NCBI GenBank assembly: GCA_001824295.1
Contig: MHWY01000001.1
Coordinates: 5,034 to 69,033 of the forward strand
Source of the DNA: Candidatus Zambryskibacteria bacterium RIFOXYD1_FULL_40_13
GTDB taxonomy: Bacteria > Patescibacteriota > Minisyncoccia > Phycocordibacterales > DATDWN01
Reading direction: 5' to 3'
DNA length: 64,000 nt
Position numbers and translations under genes: made by a program. The notes below the pieces were generated by a model. The model was not told the origin of the DNA and did not search any database. It was given only the letters and a program-made list of their open reading frames with translations. Below are positions 40,791 to 49,682 of this stretch, one piece after another (position 1 is the stretch's first letter; the number at the start of each line of letters is the position of its first letter).

Positions 40791-41486
40791 TTAGCTCCAG
40801 CCTCTAGTTTTTAATGCCTCGCGAGCGGCACTCTGCTCTGCTTCCTGTTTTGAAACTCCATCGCCAGTAGCGACCAAATCCTTCCCAATATATACACCAA
40901 CAGTAAATCTTTTCTCATGATCAGGACCAGCTTCTTTAATAGTCTTGTAGGAAGGAGTGATTCCATCAAACTCCTGGGCTTTTTCCTGAAATAAACTTTT
41001 TGCATCAATAAAACTTTTGGCAGAAATAATATCTTCTATCTTTGGAGTAAAGTTCTTTTCAATAAACCCCTTGGCAGAATCATAACCCTGGTCAATATAG
41101 ATAGCCCCTATCAATGCCTCCAAAGCGTTAGCCAAAATATATTGTCTCGCACGGCCAACATCTTTACTTTCTCCTTTTGATAACAAGAGATAATCACCCA
41201 TTTGAAGTTCGATCGCAATTCCCGCACAGGTATCAGCATTAACAAGGGCTGACCTGTAGGCAGTAAGCTCTCCCTCTGCCTTATCATAATATTTCTTGTA
41301 TAGATAGTCAGTAATAACTAGTTCGAGCACGGCATCTCCGAGAAACTCTAGTCTTTCGTTGTGTGTAAGTCCTGACTGCTTGTTTTCGTTTATATATGAA
41401 CGATGAACAAAGGCCTGCTTCAAAAGCCCCTCATCCTTGAATGAAAGTCCTGCCTCCTTTTGAAATTTCTCAAAATCTGTTGTCAT
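40791..41486 (-). CDS. rnc: Ribonuclease III
   Basis: NERLEFLGDAVL signature and dsRBD. Confidence 0.97.
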   Translation of the reverse strand: MTTDFEKFQKEAGLSFKDEGLLKQAFVHRSYINENKQSGLTHNERLEFLGDAVLELVITDYLYKKYYDKAEGELTAYRSALVNADTCAGIAIELQMGDYLLLSKGESKDVGRARQYILANALEALIGAIYIDQGYDSAKGFIEKNFTPKIEDIISAKSFIDAKSLFQEKAQEFDGITPSYKTIKEAGPDHEKRFTVGVYIGKDLVATGDGVSKQEAEQSAAREALKTRGWS

Positions 41487-41522
41487 GACAACAATATAAC
41501 CACAATTTTTACTATTCTGCAA

Positions 41523-42434
41523 TTATTGTTTCTTTAGGAGTATGTTGATGGCCTTGGTGATAAGTGGAAGTATGTCGTTGTAGAAATTTAAGTCTATTAT
41601 ATCGGCCAGCTTAAACCACTTAGCATCATCTAGGCCTCCCTTAGCTTCCGGAGTTAAATCCTTATATTCTGACTCGGCCAAAAAATATGTGACATGTTTT
41701 CTTATCTTTCCTTTCTCTGGATGATATGTTGGGTATTCGTTCTCGCCAAGTTTTTCTTTTATAACAATATCAAGTCCGAGTTCTTCTTTTATTTCTCGAA
41801 CTGTACCATCTTCAACGCTTTCGTTTTTTGTCTCCTCTGAATCACCAATCTTTCCTTTGGACAGTGTCCAGTGTCCAAAAACATCGTGAACCAGTGCGAG
41901 GTAGATGTCTTCTCCATCGCGTGCATAAACCACCGCACCACCCAGATGCTGAGTCGGAACATTTCCTGACATTGGTGCCTTTTTCTTGTCTCTCGAGGTC
42001 TCGTCCTTACCAGGTTCACCAAGCTCTTTGTAAACAGCCCCCAAGACACCATTAACAAACTTACTTGATGTTTCACCACCAAACGCTTTTGACAATTCTA
42101 TGGCCTCATTTATAGCCACCTTCGGGGGCACTTCCCCCCTATCTGAAAACAATAATTCAAACAAGCCGATGCGAAGTATGTTTCTATCTATAATACTTAT
42201 CTTTTCTATTGGCCAGTCTGGAGCCGCTTTTTCTATTATCAAATCAATATCTTTCTGCTTTTCCAAAACACCGTTCAAGAGATTCTCCATAAACGAAAAA
42301 TCCCCGTGACCCGGAGCAAATTCATGCACATTTCTTTTAAATATTTTTGGAACTTCCTGTGAATCTTTCGAGCCAAAGTCCCACTCAAAGAGTGTTTGTA
42401 GAACTATGGATCTGGAAAGGTGCCTGTTTGCCAT
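41523..42434 (-). CDS. nusB: NusB fused to a C-terminal Nudix hydrolase
   Basis: IDRNILR, VAINEAIEL, FVNGVL; then WTLSKG...REIKEELG. Confidence 0.92.
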   Translation of the reverse strand: MANRHLSRSIVLQTLFEWDFGSKDSQEVPKIFKRNVHEFAPGHGDFSFMENLLNGVLEKQKDIDLIIEKAAPDWPIEKISIIDRNILRIGLFELLFSDRGEVPPKVAINEAIELSKAFGGETSSKFVNGVLGAVYKELGEPGKDETSRDKKKAPMSGNVPTQHLGGAVVYARDGEDIYLALVHDVFGHWTLSKGKIGDSEETKNESVEDGTVREIKEELGLDIVIKEKLGENEYPTYHPEKGKIRKHVTYFLAESEYKDLTPEAKGGLDDAKWFKLADIIDLNFYNDILPLITKAINILLKKQ

Positions 42435-42526
42435 TAAACTAGTGATTAGTTTCTAGTAACTAGGTTTCAGTATAGCAACAAATGATTTTATTGACTAGAA
42501 CCCAACAACTGAAAACTACAACCTAA

Positions 42527-42751
42527 TTATTTACCAGCTTTCTCTTGTTTCTCTTTCTTTGCTCTCTTTGCAATCTTTGCCTGCATATCAATAACTACTC
42601 GGCCCTTATACTGACCTGTAACAAGTGAAGCTCTGTGACGCAAATGTGGAACGTTTGTGTTTTTGTCCAAAGTTACAGCGGGTTTAGATAATCGATGGTG
42701 AGATCGAGTTCTGTTTCGCTGACTCTTTGTATGACGCATTCTTACAACCAT
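42527..42751 (-). CDS. rpmF: 50S ribosomal protein L32 (Cys-less)
   Basis: RHTKSQRNRTRSH, HLRHRA, GQYKGRVV. Confidence 0.88.
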   Translation of the reverse strand: MVVRMRHTKSQRNRTRSHHRLSKPAVTLDKNTNVPHLRHRASLVTGQYKGRVVIDMQAKIAKRAKKEKQEKAGK

Positions 42752-42791
42752 AATAGAGAAAAGATAACATATCCCTTATAAAAACACAATA

Positions 42792-43412
42792 TTATCTAAA
42801 TCTTTTGCAAAAAGTCTTACGGTGTATGCTGGATAATCCACATTTGCTCACAGCTTTGCAGTGCTGTTTTGTCCCATATCCCTTATGACTTTCAAATCCA
42901 TATTGAGGATATTTCTTTGCCAATTTACACATCAGGGCATCCCTAGAAACCTTGGCTAATATTGAAGCCCAAGCTATTATTCTCTCCTTCTCATCTCCTT
43001 TTATTATTGTTCTTTGTTTTGTAAATTCGCTTGGGGCTCGAAGACCCCCATCAAGCAAAACTTCGCATTGTTTTGGATTAAGGTTTAGTTTTTTTATACC
43101 TTGATTTATAGCTTTCCTTATGCAAAAAGCGATTCCCTTTTCATCTATCACTTTATTAGAAACATGAATTATTATATATTCTAAGTTTCCCTTTTGTACA
43201 AGGTGGAACCTTGTACTGAGTATTTTTAAATATTTGGCGTATTGTTGGCGTAGTTCTGGAGAAAGTTTCTTACTGTCTTTTCCTGTTGGTGGTAAATACC
43301 TATCTTTCTTTAATTTCTTATAGAGTCCTAGTTCGCAAACAGCAATACCAACCGTCACTGGCCCCGCCAAAGGACCTCTCCCGACTTCATCTATGCCCAC
43401 AATGTATTTCAT
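42792..43412 (-). CDS. rnhB: Ribonuclease HII
   Basis: GIDEVGRGPLAGPV, DSKKL, ASILAKVSRD, HKGYGT. Confidence 0.96.
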   Translation of the reverse strand: MKYIVGIDEVGRGPLAGPVTVGIAVCELGLYKKLKKDRYLPPTGKDSKKLSPELRQQYAKYLKILSTRFHLVQKGNLEYIIIHVSNKVIDEKGIAFCIRKAINQGIKKLNLNPKQCEVLLDGGLRAPSEFTKQRTIIKGDEKERIIAWASILAKVSRDALMCKLAKKYPQYGFESHKGYGTKQHCKAVSKCGLSSIHRKTFCKRFR

Positions 43413-43558
43413 CCCATCATTTTATCATATACGAAAACCCGGTAGTGAATTTTAGCATTAGACTTTGTCCGCTCTGAAAGAGCAATGCTAAAATCTACTA
43501 CCGGGAGAAGAGCCGTCGGCGTGCACCTGGCACGCGGACAGCCCTTTAGAAAACAGCA

Positions 43559-43795
43559 TCAGATACCGACCCCTCTCTCACGGCCCGCCCTGATCCACCT
43601 AACAATGCGAGAGTTGTCCCCCCGCAATGTTTCAACTTCAGTCCGCAGGTCAGCGAGTTCGCGCACCGCGTCCGCGACACTGTGCCACAAGGCCTCCTCT
43701 GCTGAGCCGGGCTTTGCCCTCTGGCCCTCTGTCACGACAATCGCCTCCATCTCATCGATGGGAATCAGAAGCACTCTACCGCCAGTCTTCGACAT
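43559..43795 (-). CDS. Small coiled-coil hypothetical protein
   Basis: GGGAGG SD before ATG 43795; long hairpin at 43439-43504 downstream. Confidence 0.55.
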   Translation of the reverse strand: MSKTGGRVLLIPIDEMEAIVVTEGQRAKPGSAEEALWHSVADAVRELADLRTEVETLRGDNSRIVRWIRAGRERGVGI

Positions 43796-43892
43796 GTCCA
43801 CTGCCCTCCCTATCCCCAAAATACCACCAAATCACCTCTATATCAACCCCCCCTCTCCACCACACTGATGACATGCTATAATACAGTCACAA

Positions 43893-44018
43893 AAAATAAT
43901 CTCGATGAGTAATATCTTGAGAAGAGACTAGTGAGCGCGACGGCGCGAACTCAAGCAAAATTTCAGCAGAAATTTATGCGTGTCTCTTCGAGAGATATTA
44001 CGAGTAAGAGATTATTTT
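43893..44018 (-). repeat. Structured dispersed element, family A copy 4 (inverted)
   Basis: Reverse strand reads gagacacgcataaatttctgctgaaattttgct; three nested flanking stems. Confidence 0.8.
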
Positions 44019-44027
44019 CCAAAAAAC

Positions 44028-47000
44028 ATGTCATCAAAATTTATCCACCTACACACACACAGTCACTACTCCCTTCTTAACGCCCTGCCGAAAATAAATG
44101 CGCTTGTTGATGAGGCGATAAAAAACGAAATGCCTGCCATTGCCCTGACGGACAACTGCAATTTATACGGTGCAATCGAGTTTTATAAAACCTGCAAGAA
44201 AAAAGAAATCAAACCAATTATCGGTATTGATGCCTATGTTGCCTATCGTTCACGCCTTGATAAAACAGGAATAGACAAAGAACGGTACAGACTTGTCCTG
44301 CTTGCAGAAAACGAGGTTGGATATAAAAACCTAATACAGCTGGTTACACTCGCACACCTAGAAGGCTTCTACTACAAGCCACGCATTGACCGCGAAATCC
44401 TAGAGAAGTACCACGAGGGACTTATTGCTATTGCCCCATCTTTCTCCAGTGATATTTTAAAATCTCTCCAGCTGGCAAACGACGAGCAAGCTCTTGAAAG
44501 GTTAAACTGGTACAAACGAGTCTTCAGTGGAACAACAGAGAAACCAAATTTTTTCCTGGAGATAACTCACCATCCAGAGATAAAAGGCCATGAAGAAAAT
44601 ATGAGAAAGATGGTGGAGTTTGGGAAGAACACCAACACTCCAATAGTCGCCTCGCATGACGTGTATTATATAAATAAGGAAGACCGAGTAGCCAGAGAGA
44701 CACTGCTTGCGGTCCAGTCACAGAATGACGAGAAGATTGAGGAAGGAGATGACGACTTCTCTTTCATCACTCCCAAACAGGCAGAAAAATATTTCAAGGA
44801 TTTACCAGAGGCCCTAGAAAATACTACAAAAATCGCTGATAGATGTAACTTAGAAATCTCTATCGGCAAGTGGTTTCTTCCAAAATATGTTGTGGAAAGT
44901 GGTTTGTCGTACGACGACGAACTTCGTCGTATCACAGAAGAAGGTATCAAAAAAAGAGGTCTGACAAAAACTCCAGAAATTGAAGAGAGAATGGAGTACG
45001 AACTAAAAATCATAAGGGATAAAGGCTATGCTCCTTATTTTCTGGTTGTATCTGACTTACTACATTTTGCTCACGAAAATGGAATTCTAACAACTATTCG
45101 AGGTTCAGTTGCTGGCTCACTTGTGACCTACCTTTCGGGTATTACAAATGTGGACCCACTTCTTTACAAACTTCCCTTTGAGCGTTTCCTTAATCCCGAA
45201 AGACCATCCGCTCCAGATATTGATATGGACTACGCTGACAACAGAAGAGACGAAATGATTGACTATGCAAGGCGTAAATATGGGATTGATAAAGTAGCTC
45301 AGATTGGAACCTTTGGTACCATGGCTGCTCGTGGAGCGGTTCGTGATGTGACCCGTGCTCTCGGTTTTCCATACGGTGTTGGAGATTCAATAGCTAAACT
45401 CATCCCTATGGGGGCACAGGGATTCCCTATGACTATAGAGAGGGCTCTCAAGGAAACCCCCGAGCTGAAAACCATGTACGACTCAGAAACAGATGTAAAA
45501 AAAATAATAGACATGGCAAAAAAGATAGAGGGTTGTGCGAGACACATCTCCGTGCATGCTGCGGGTGTGGTTATCTCTCCAACCCCCCTTACAGACTATG
45601 TTCCACTACAGTATGATACAAAAGGTGACAACAAAATAATCACTCAATACGACATGAACGACGTCGGCGAGGATGGGGTTGGGCTTTTGAAATTTGACTT
45701 TCTTGGTATTAGAAATCTTTCTATTTTGGCCGATGCAGTGAAACTAACGGAAAAACTTGAGGGGATAAAACTTGATATTGAAAATGTTCCAGTTGATGAC
45801 AAAAAAACCTTTGAAATGCTCGCCCGTGGTGAAACTATTGGTCTGTTTCAGCTAAACGGTGATGGGATGACCCGCTCTCTCATGGAACTTAAACCAACCG
45901 TTATATACGACATCAATGTTATGGTAGCTCTCTATCGACCCGGACCAATGGACAACATCCAGGAATACATGCAAAGAAAGCATGGCAAAAAACCAACAAC
46001 CTATATTCATCCCAAAATGAAAAATTTCTTAGACCGAACTTTTGGAGTGCTTGTTTACCAGGACGACCTGATGATGACTGCTATAGAAGTCGCCGGGTAT
46101 ACCTGGGGCGAAGTGGATAAATTCCGTAAAGCTATCGGAAAGAAAATTCGTGAGGAAATGGCAAAGCAACATGTTAAATTCGTGGAAGGATGTCAAAAGC
46201 ACGGTGGTATGACAGAGAAAAAGGCGGAGGAACTTTGGAACTTATTTGAGCCGTTCCAGGGATATGGATTCAACAAAGCCCACGCTGCTAGTTATGGAAA
46301 AGTGGCTTACCAAACAGCCTACATGAAAGCCAACTTTCCTGCTATCTATATGTCCGCAGTGCTTACAGCTGAGTCTGGTGATGTGGAGAAGATTGCTGAA
46401 ATTATCGGTGAGTGTAAACGCATGGGAATCGCCGTTCTACCCCCAGATGTAAATGAATCTTTTGAGGGCTTCACTGTAATTAAGAATCAGAACCCCGAAG
46501 AAAAGGATTCTATACGATTTGGACTTACAACAATCAAAAACTTTGGTGAAGGTATTGCCTCCTCTATTATTGCTGAAAGAAAAGCTGGTGGAAAATTCAT
46601 TTCTCTCTCCGATTTTCTTCGTCGTATAAAAGACAAGAACTTAAACAAGAAATCCCTGGAGGCCCTCATAAAAACTGGCGCTATGGATTTCTTCGGTGAC
46701 AGAGGACTACTTTTATCTAATCTTGAAAAAATCATTGCTTTTAACAAAGAAGAAAGGAGTAAAGAGAGCGACCAGGACTCCTTGTTTGGTGGAATAGTAG
46801 AAATGAGCCAAGCAAATGACATTCTACTTGAACCAGCTCCCTTAGCTATCCCTTCTGATAAACTGCTTTGGGAAAAAGAATTGCTTGGACTCTATATTTC
46901 GGGTCACCCTCTAGAAAGCTTTAAGAATAAACTTGAAACAAAAGCTACAAATATAAAAAAAATAAAAGATACAGCCAAAGAGAGAGAAGAAGTTGTTGTT

Positions 47001-47231
47001 GGTGGAATAATTGAAGATATAAGAAGTGTTGTGACAAAAAAGGGTGACAAAATGATTTTTCTCAAATTTGCAGATCTTACAGATTCCATAGAAGCGGTGG
47101 CTTTTCCGAAAGTTTTTGAGGAATTTCAAGATATATTAATCCCAGAAAGTTGCCTAGTCATTAAAGGAACATTTTCCACACGTAACGGCGGTAAATCTAT
47201 TTTGATTGATAAAGCTAAATTGTTGGAATAA
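44028..47231 (+). CDS. dnaE: DNA polymerase III alpha subunit
   Basis: HLHTHSHYSLL, RGSVAGS, PDIDMD, HAAG, GYGFNKAH. Confidence 0.98.
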   Translation: MSSKFIHLHTHSHYSLLNALPKINALVDEAIKNEMPAIALTDNCNLYGAIEFYKTCKKKEIKPIIGIDAYVAYRSRLDKTGIDKERYRLVLLAENEVGYKNLIQLVTLAHLEGFYYKPRIDREILEKYHEGLIAIAPSFSSDILKSLQLANDEQALERLNWYKRVFSGTTEKPNFFLEITHHPEIKGHEENMRKMVEFGKNTNTPIVASHDVYYINKEDRVARETLLAVQSQNDEKIEEGDDDFSFITPKQAEKYFKDLPEALENTTKIADRCNLEISIGKWFLPKYVVESGLSYDDELRRITEEGIKKRGLTKTPEIEERMEYELKIIRDKGYAPYFLVVSDLLHFAHENGILTTIRGSVAGSLVTYLSGITNVDPLLYKLPFERFLNPERPSAPDIDMDYADNRRDEMIDYARRKYGIDKVAQIGTFGTMAARGAVRDVTRALGFPYGVGDSIAKLIPMGAQGFPMTIERALKETPELKTMYDSETDVKKIIDMAKKIEGCARHISVHAAGVVISPTPLTDYVPLQYDTKGDNKIITQYDMNDVGEDGVGLLKFDFLGIRNLSILADAVKLTEKLEGIKLDIENVPVDDKKTFEMLARGETIGLFQLNGDGMTRSLMELKPTVIYDINVMVALYRPGPMDNIQEYMQRKHGKKPTTYIHPKMKNFLDRTFGVLVYQDDLMMTAIEVAGYTWGEVDKFRKAIGKKIREEMAKQHVKFVEGCQKHGGMTEKKAEELWNLFEPFQGYGFNKAHAASYGKVAYQTAYMKANFPAIYMSAVLTAESGDVEKIAEIIGECKRMGIAVLPPDVNESFEGFTVIKNQNPEEKDSIRFGLTTIKNFGEGIASSIIAERKAGGKFISLSDFLRRIKDKNLNKKSLEALIKTGAMDFFGDRGLLLSNLEKIIAFNKEERSKESDQDSLFGGIVEMSQANDILLEPAPLAIPSDKLLWEKELLGLYISGHPLESFKNKLETKATNIKKIKDTAKEREEVVVGGIIEDIRSVVTKKGDKMIFLKFADLTDSIEAVAFPKVFEEFQDILIPESCLVIKGTFSTRNGGKSILIDKAKLLE

Positions 47232-47300
47232 AAGTTGTGATGGACTTTGATAGTTAAAATTGGGTTTGACAGCGAGAAATAGAAGTATATCATTGTACAC

Positions 47301-47475
47301 ATAGAGATTGTTGTGGTCACCAACCACAATCCCGCAAAGTGGGACCGTAAGGCTAATCTATAAAAAGAGTGTCCCTTGATTCATCAGGGGAAAACTGGGT
47401 GGAACCGCGAACAACTATTAAGTTGCCCGTCCTAGTAAGAATGCAAGTCATTGTATTTTTACTAGGGCGTTTTTT
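47301..47475 (+). ncRNA. T-box riboswitch leader of thrS
   Basis: AAACTGGGTGGAACCGCG T-box consensus (47392-47409); terminator cgtcctagta/tactagggcg plus T run; TTGACA (47266) and TATCAT promoter. Confidence 0.88.
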
Positions 47476-47500
47476 ATTATTAAAATCTAACCAAATTAAA

Positions 47501-49243
47501 ATGGAAAAAGAAAAATTAGAAAAAATGCGACATTCGCTGTCACACCTTATGGCCTCGGCTATTCTTGAACTATATCCAGACACGCTAGTTACACTTGGGC
47601 CAGCAATAGATACGGGTTTCTACTACGACTTTGAATTCAAATCCCCTGTTTCGGAAAAGGATTTTGATAAAATAGAACAAGTAATGCGAAAACACGCGAA
47701 GTCATGGAAGGGGTTTGAGAAAACAGACGTATCACATGAGGAAGCTAAAAAAATATTTGCTGGGAATCCATACAAGCTTGAACTTATCGAGGGAATAAAA
47801 GAAAAGGGTGAACAAATAACCCTACACAAATCTGGTGAATTTACAGACCTTTGTCGCGGTGGACATGTGGAAGACATGTCAAGGGTGCCCCTTGACAGTT
47901 GGAAACTCGACCGGGTGGCTGGAGCATATTGGAGAGGAGACGAGAAAAATAAGATGCTTACTCGTATTTACGGCCTAGCTTTTGAAACAAAGGAAAAATT
48001 AGACGAATATGTAACACAACAAGAGGAAGCCAAAAAAAGGGACCACCGAGAACTTGGGAAAAAATTAGAATTATTTACATTTGATGAAGAAATTGGAAAA
48101 GGTCTCCCTATCTGGTTACCAAAAGGAAATATAATTAAAGAAGAACTAGAAGACTGGGCAAAAGAAACAGAAAAAAATTGGGGCTACCAAAGAGTAACGA
48201 CTCCGATAATAACAAAGGAAAATCTTTTTTATACATCCGGGCATCTACCGTTGTATAAAGAAAGTATGTACAACCCAATCTCAATTGAAAATGAGAACTA
48301 TTATATTAAACCCATGAACTGTCCATTTCATCACAAAGTCTTTTCTGCAATTCCCAGAACATATAAAGAATTGCCCCTCAGAATTGCCGAGTATGGTTGG
48401 TGTCATAGATATGAAGACTCTGGCAGTCTTTTTGGCCTTATGAGAGTCCGTGGTATGCAAATGAATGATTCCCATATATACACAACAAAGGAACAGGCAA
48501 TAGACGAATTTGTAAGTGTTATTAGGCTTCATGAATACTATTACAAAGTTCTCGGAATAGAAAAATACGAAATGGAATTAGCCCTTCGTGATCCAAAAAA
48601 TATGAGTAAGTACCACGGAGAAGAAGATGATTGGAAAACTGCAGAAGAAATGACAATAAAAGCAATGGAAATTTCCGGTGTACCGTTTAAAATTGTTCAC
48701 GAAGGTGCAGCATTTTATGGACCAAAAATGGATTTTCAGATTTATTCTTCAATAGGGAGATCTTTTACAGCATCTACAAATCAACTAGATTTATATATGG
48801 GGAAAAGATTTAAACTTGAATATGTAGACAAAGATGGCTCAACAAAAACACCTTACATCATTCATCGAGCCCCACTCGGAACACATGAAAGATTCATAGG
48901 ATTCCTCATCGAACACTATGCAGGAAACTTCCCTCTCTGGCTTTCTCCAATCCAGGTCAAGGTTATTCCAGTTAGGACAAACCACAATGAGTATGCCAAA
49001 GGAGTCTATGATATGCTAAAATTAAAGGGTATCCGTGCAGAGCTTGATAATGACGATTCAAACCTAGGCGGAAAAGTTCGAGGGGCAAAGAATCAAAAAA
49101 TCCCTTATTGGATTGTCGTTGGGGACAAAGAAGTAGAGGCGGGTAAGGTCACGCTGGAATCCAGAGATAATGGCCAGCTTGGTCAGATGACAGCGGATGA
49201 ACTCGTTTCAAAATTATCAGAAGAAATTACAAATAAAAAATAA
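47501..49243 (+). CDS. thrS: Threonine--tRNA ligase
   Basis: RHSLSH, DLCRGGH, KRDHR, KPMNCP, AFYGPK, IIHRA. Confidence 0.98.
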   Translation: MEKEKLEKMRHSLSHLMASAILELYPDTLVTLGPAIDTGFYYDFEFKSPVSEKDFDKIEQVMRKHAKSWKGFEKTDVSHEEAKKIFAGNPYKLELIEGIKEKGEQITLHKSGEFTDLCRGGHVEDMSRVPLDSWKLDRVAGAYWRGDEKNKMLTRIYGLAFETKEKLDEYVTQQEEAKKRDHRELGKKLELFTFDEEIGKGLPIWLPKGNIIKEELEDWAKETEKNWGYQRVTTPIITKENLFYTSGHLPLYKESMYNPISIENENYYIKPMNCPFHHKVFSAIPRTYKELPLRIAEYGWCHRYEDSGSLFGLMRVRGMQMNDSHIYTTKEQAIDEFVSVIRLHEYYYKVLGIEKYEMELALRDPKNMSKYHGEEDDWKTAEEMTIKAMEISGVPFKIVHEGAAFYGPKMDFQIYSSIGRSFTASTNQLDLYMGKRFKLEYVDKDGSTKTPYIIHRAPLGTHERFIGFLIEHYAGNFPLWLSPIQVKVIPVRTNHNEYAKGVYDMLKLKGIRAELDNDDSNLGGKVRGAKNQKIPYWIVVGDKEVEAGKVTLESRDNGQLGQMTADELVSKLSEEITNKK

Positions 49244-49248
49244 TTAAT

Positions 49249-49500
49249 ATGAAGAAAAAACTATACAAAAGTGAAAATGACAAAGTGGTGGCTGGAGTCA
49301 TTGGTGGCATCGCAGAATATTTTGATATGGATGCCTCAATACTGAGAATTGTTTATATTCTGTTGGCTGTGGTGACCGCAATAGTACCTGCTATCCTTGG
49401 TTATATTATCGCAGCTTTGATAATCCCTAATAAGCCAGATGTTGTCCATATGGACCATAAAGAACCAGAGCCAAAGCCAGAAGAGAACAAAACAAACTAA
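49249..49500 (+). CDS. PspC domain protein
   Basis: KKLYKS..DKVVAGVIGGIAEYF...YIIAALIIP. Confidence 0.9.
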   Translation: MKKKLYKSENDKVVAGVIGGIAEYFDMDASILRIVYILLAVVTAIVPAILGYIIAALIIPNKPDVVHMDHKEPEPKPEENKTN

Positions 49501-49561
49501 ATAAAAACTAATTTTCAGACTGAGAACCTAAAACTTTCAGATTTGGATGACTTCCGCATAG

Positions 49562-49682
49562 AACTTTCAAATTTGAGACAAGGTCGCGTATAAAATAAAA
49601 AGTATTTCCGGAGGTGTACATGTGGTACATTGACGGAAATACTTTTTATTTTAGACGATGAGATTGGCCAAATTTGGAAGTT
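49562..49682 (+). repeat. Structured dispersed element, family B copy 4 (preceded by a partial 5' copy at 49532-49557)
   Basis: aactttcaaatttg/caaatttggaagtt; perfect 20-bp inner stem; gag-gtgtac-atgtg-gtacat-tgac apex; overlaps the gyrB stop. Confidence 0.75.

Noticed and set aside
42435-42526. Degenerate short tandem repeats (also near 21725-21768 and 27950-27988)
   Set aside because: Too short and irregular to separate from low-complexity AT-rich spacer.
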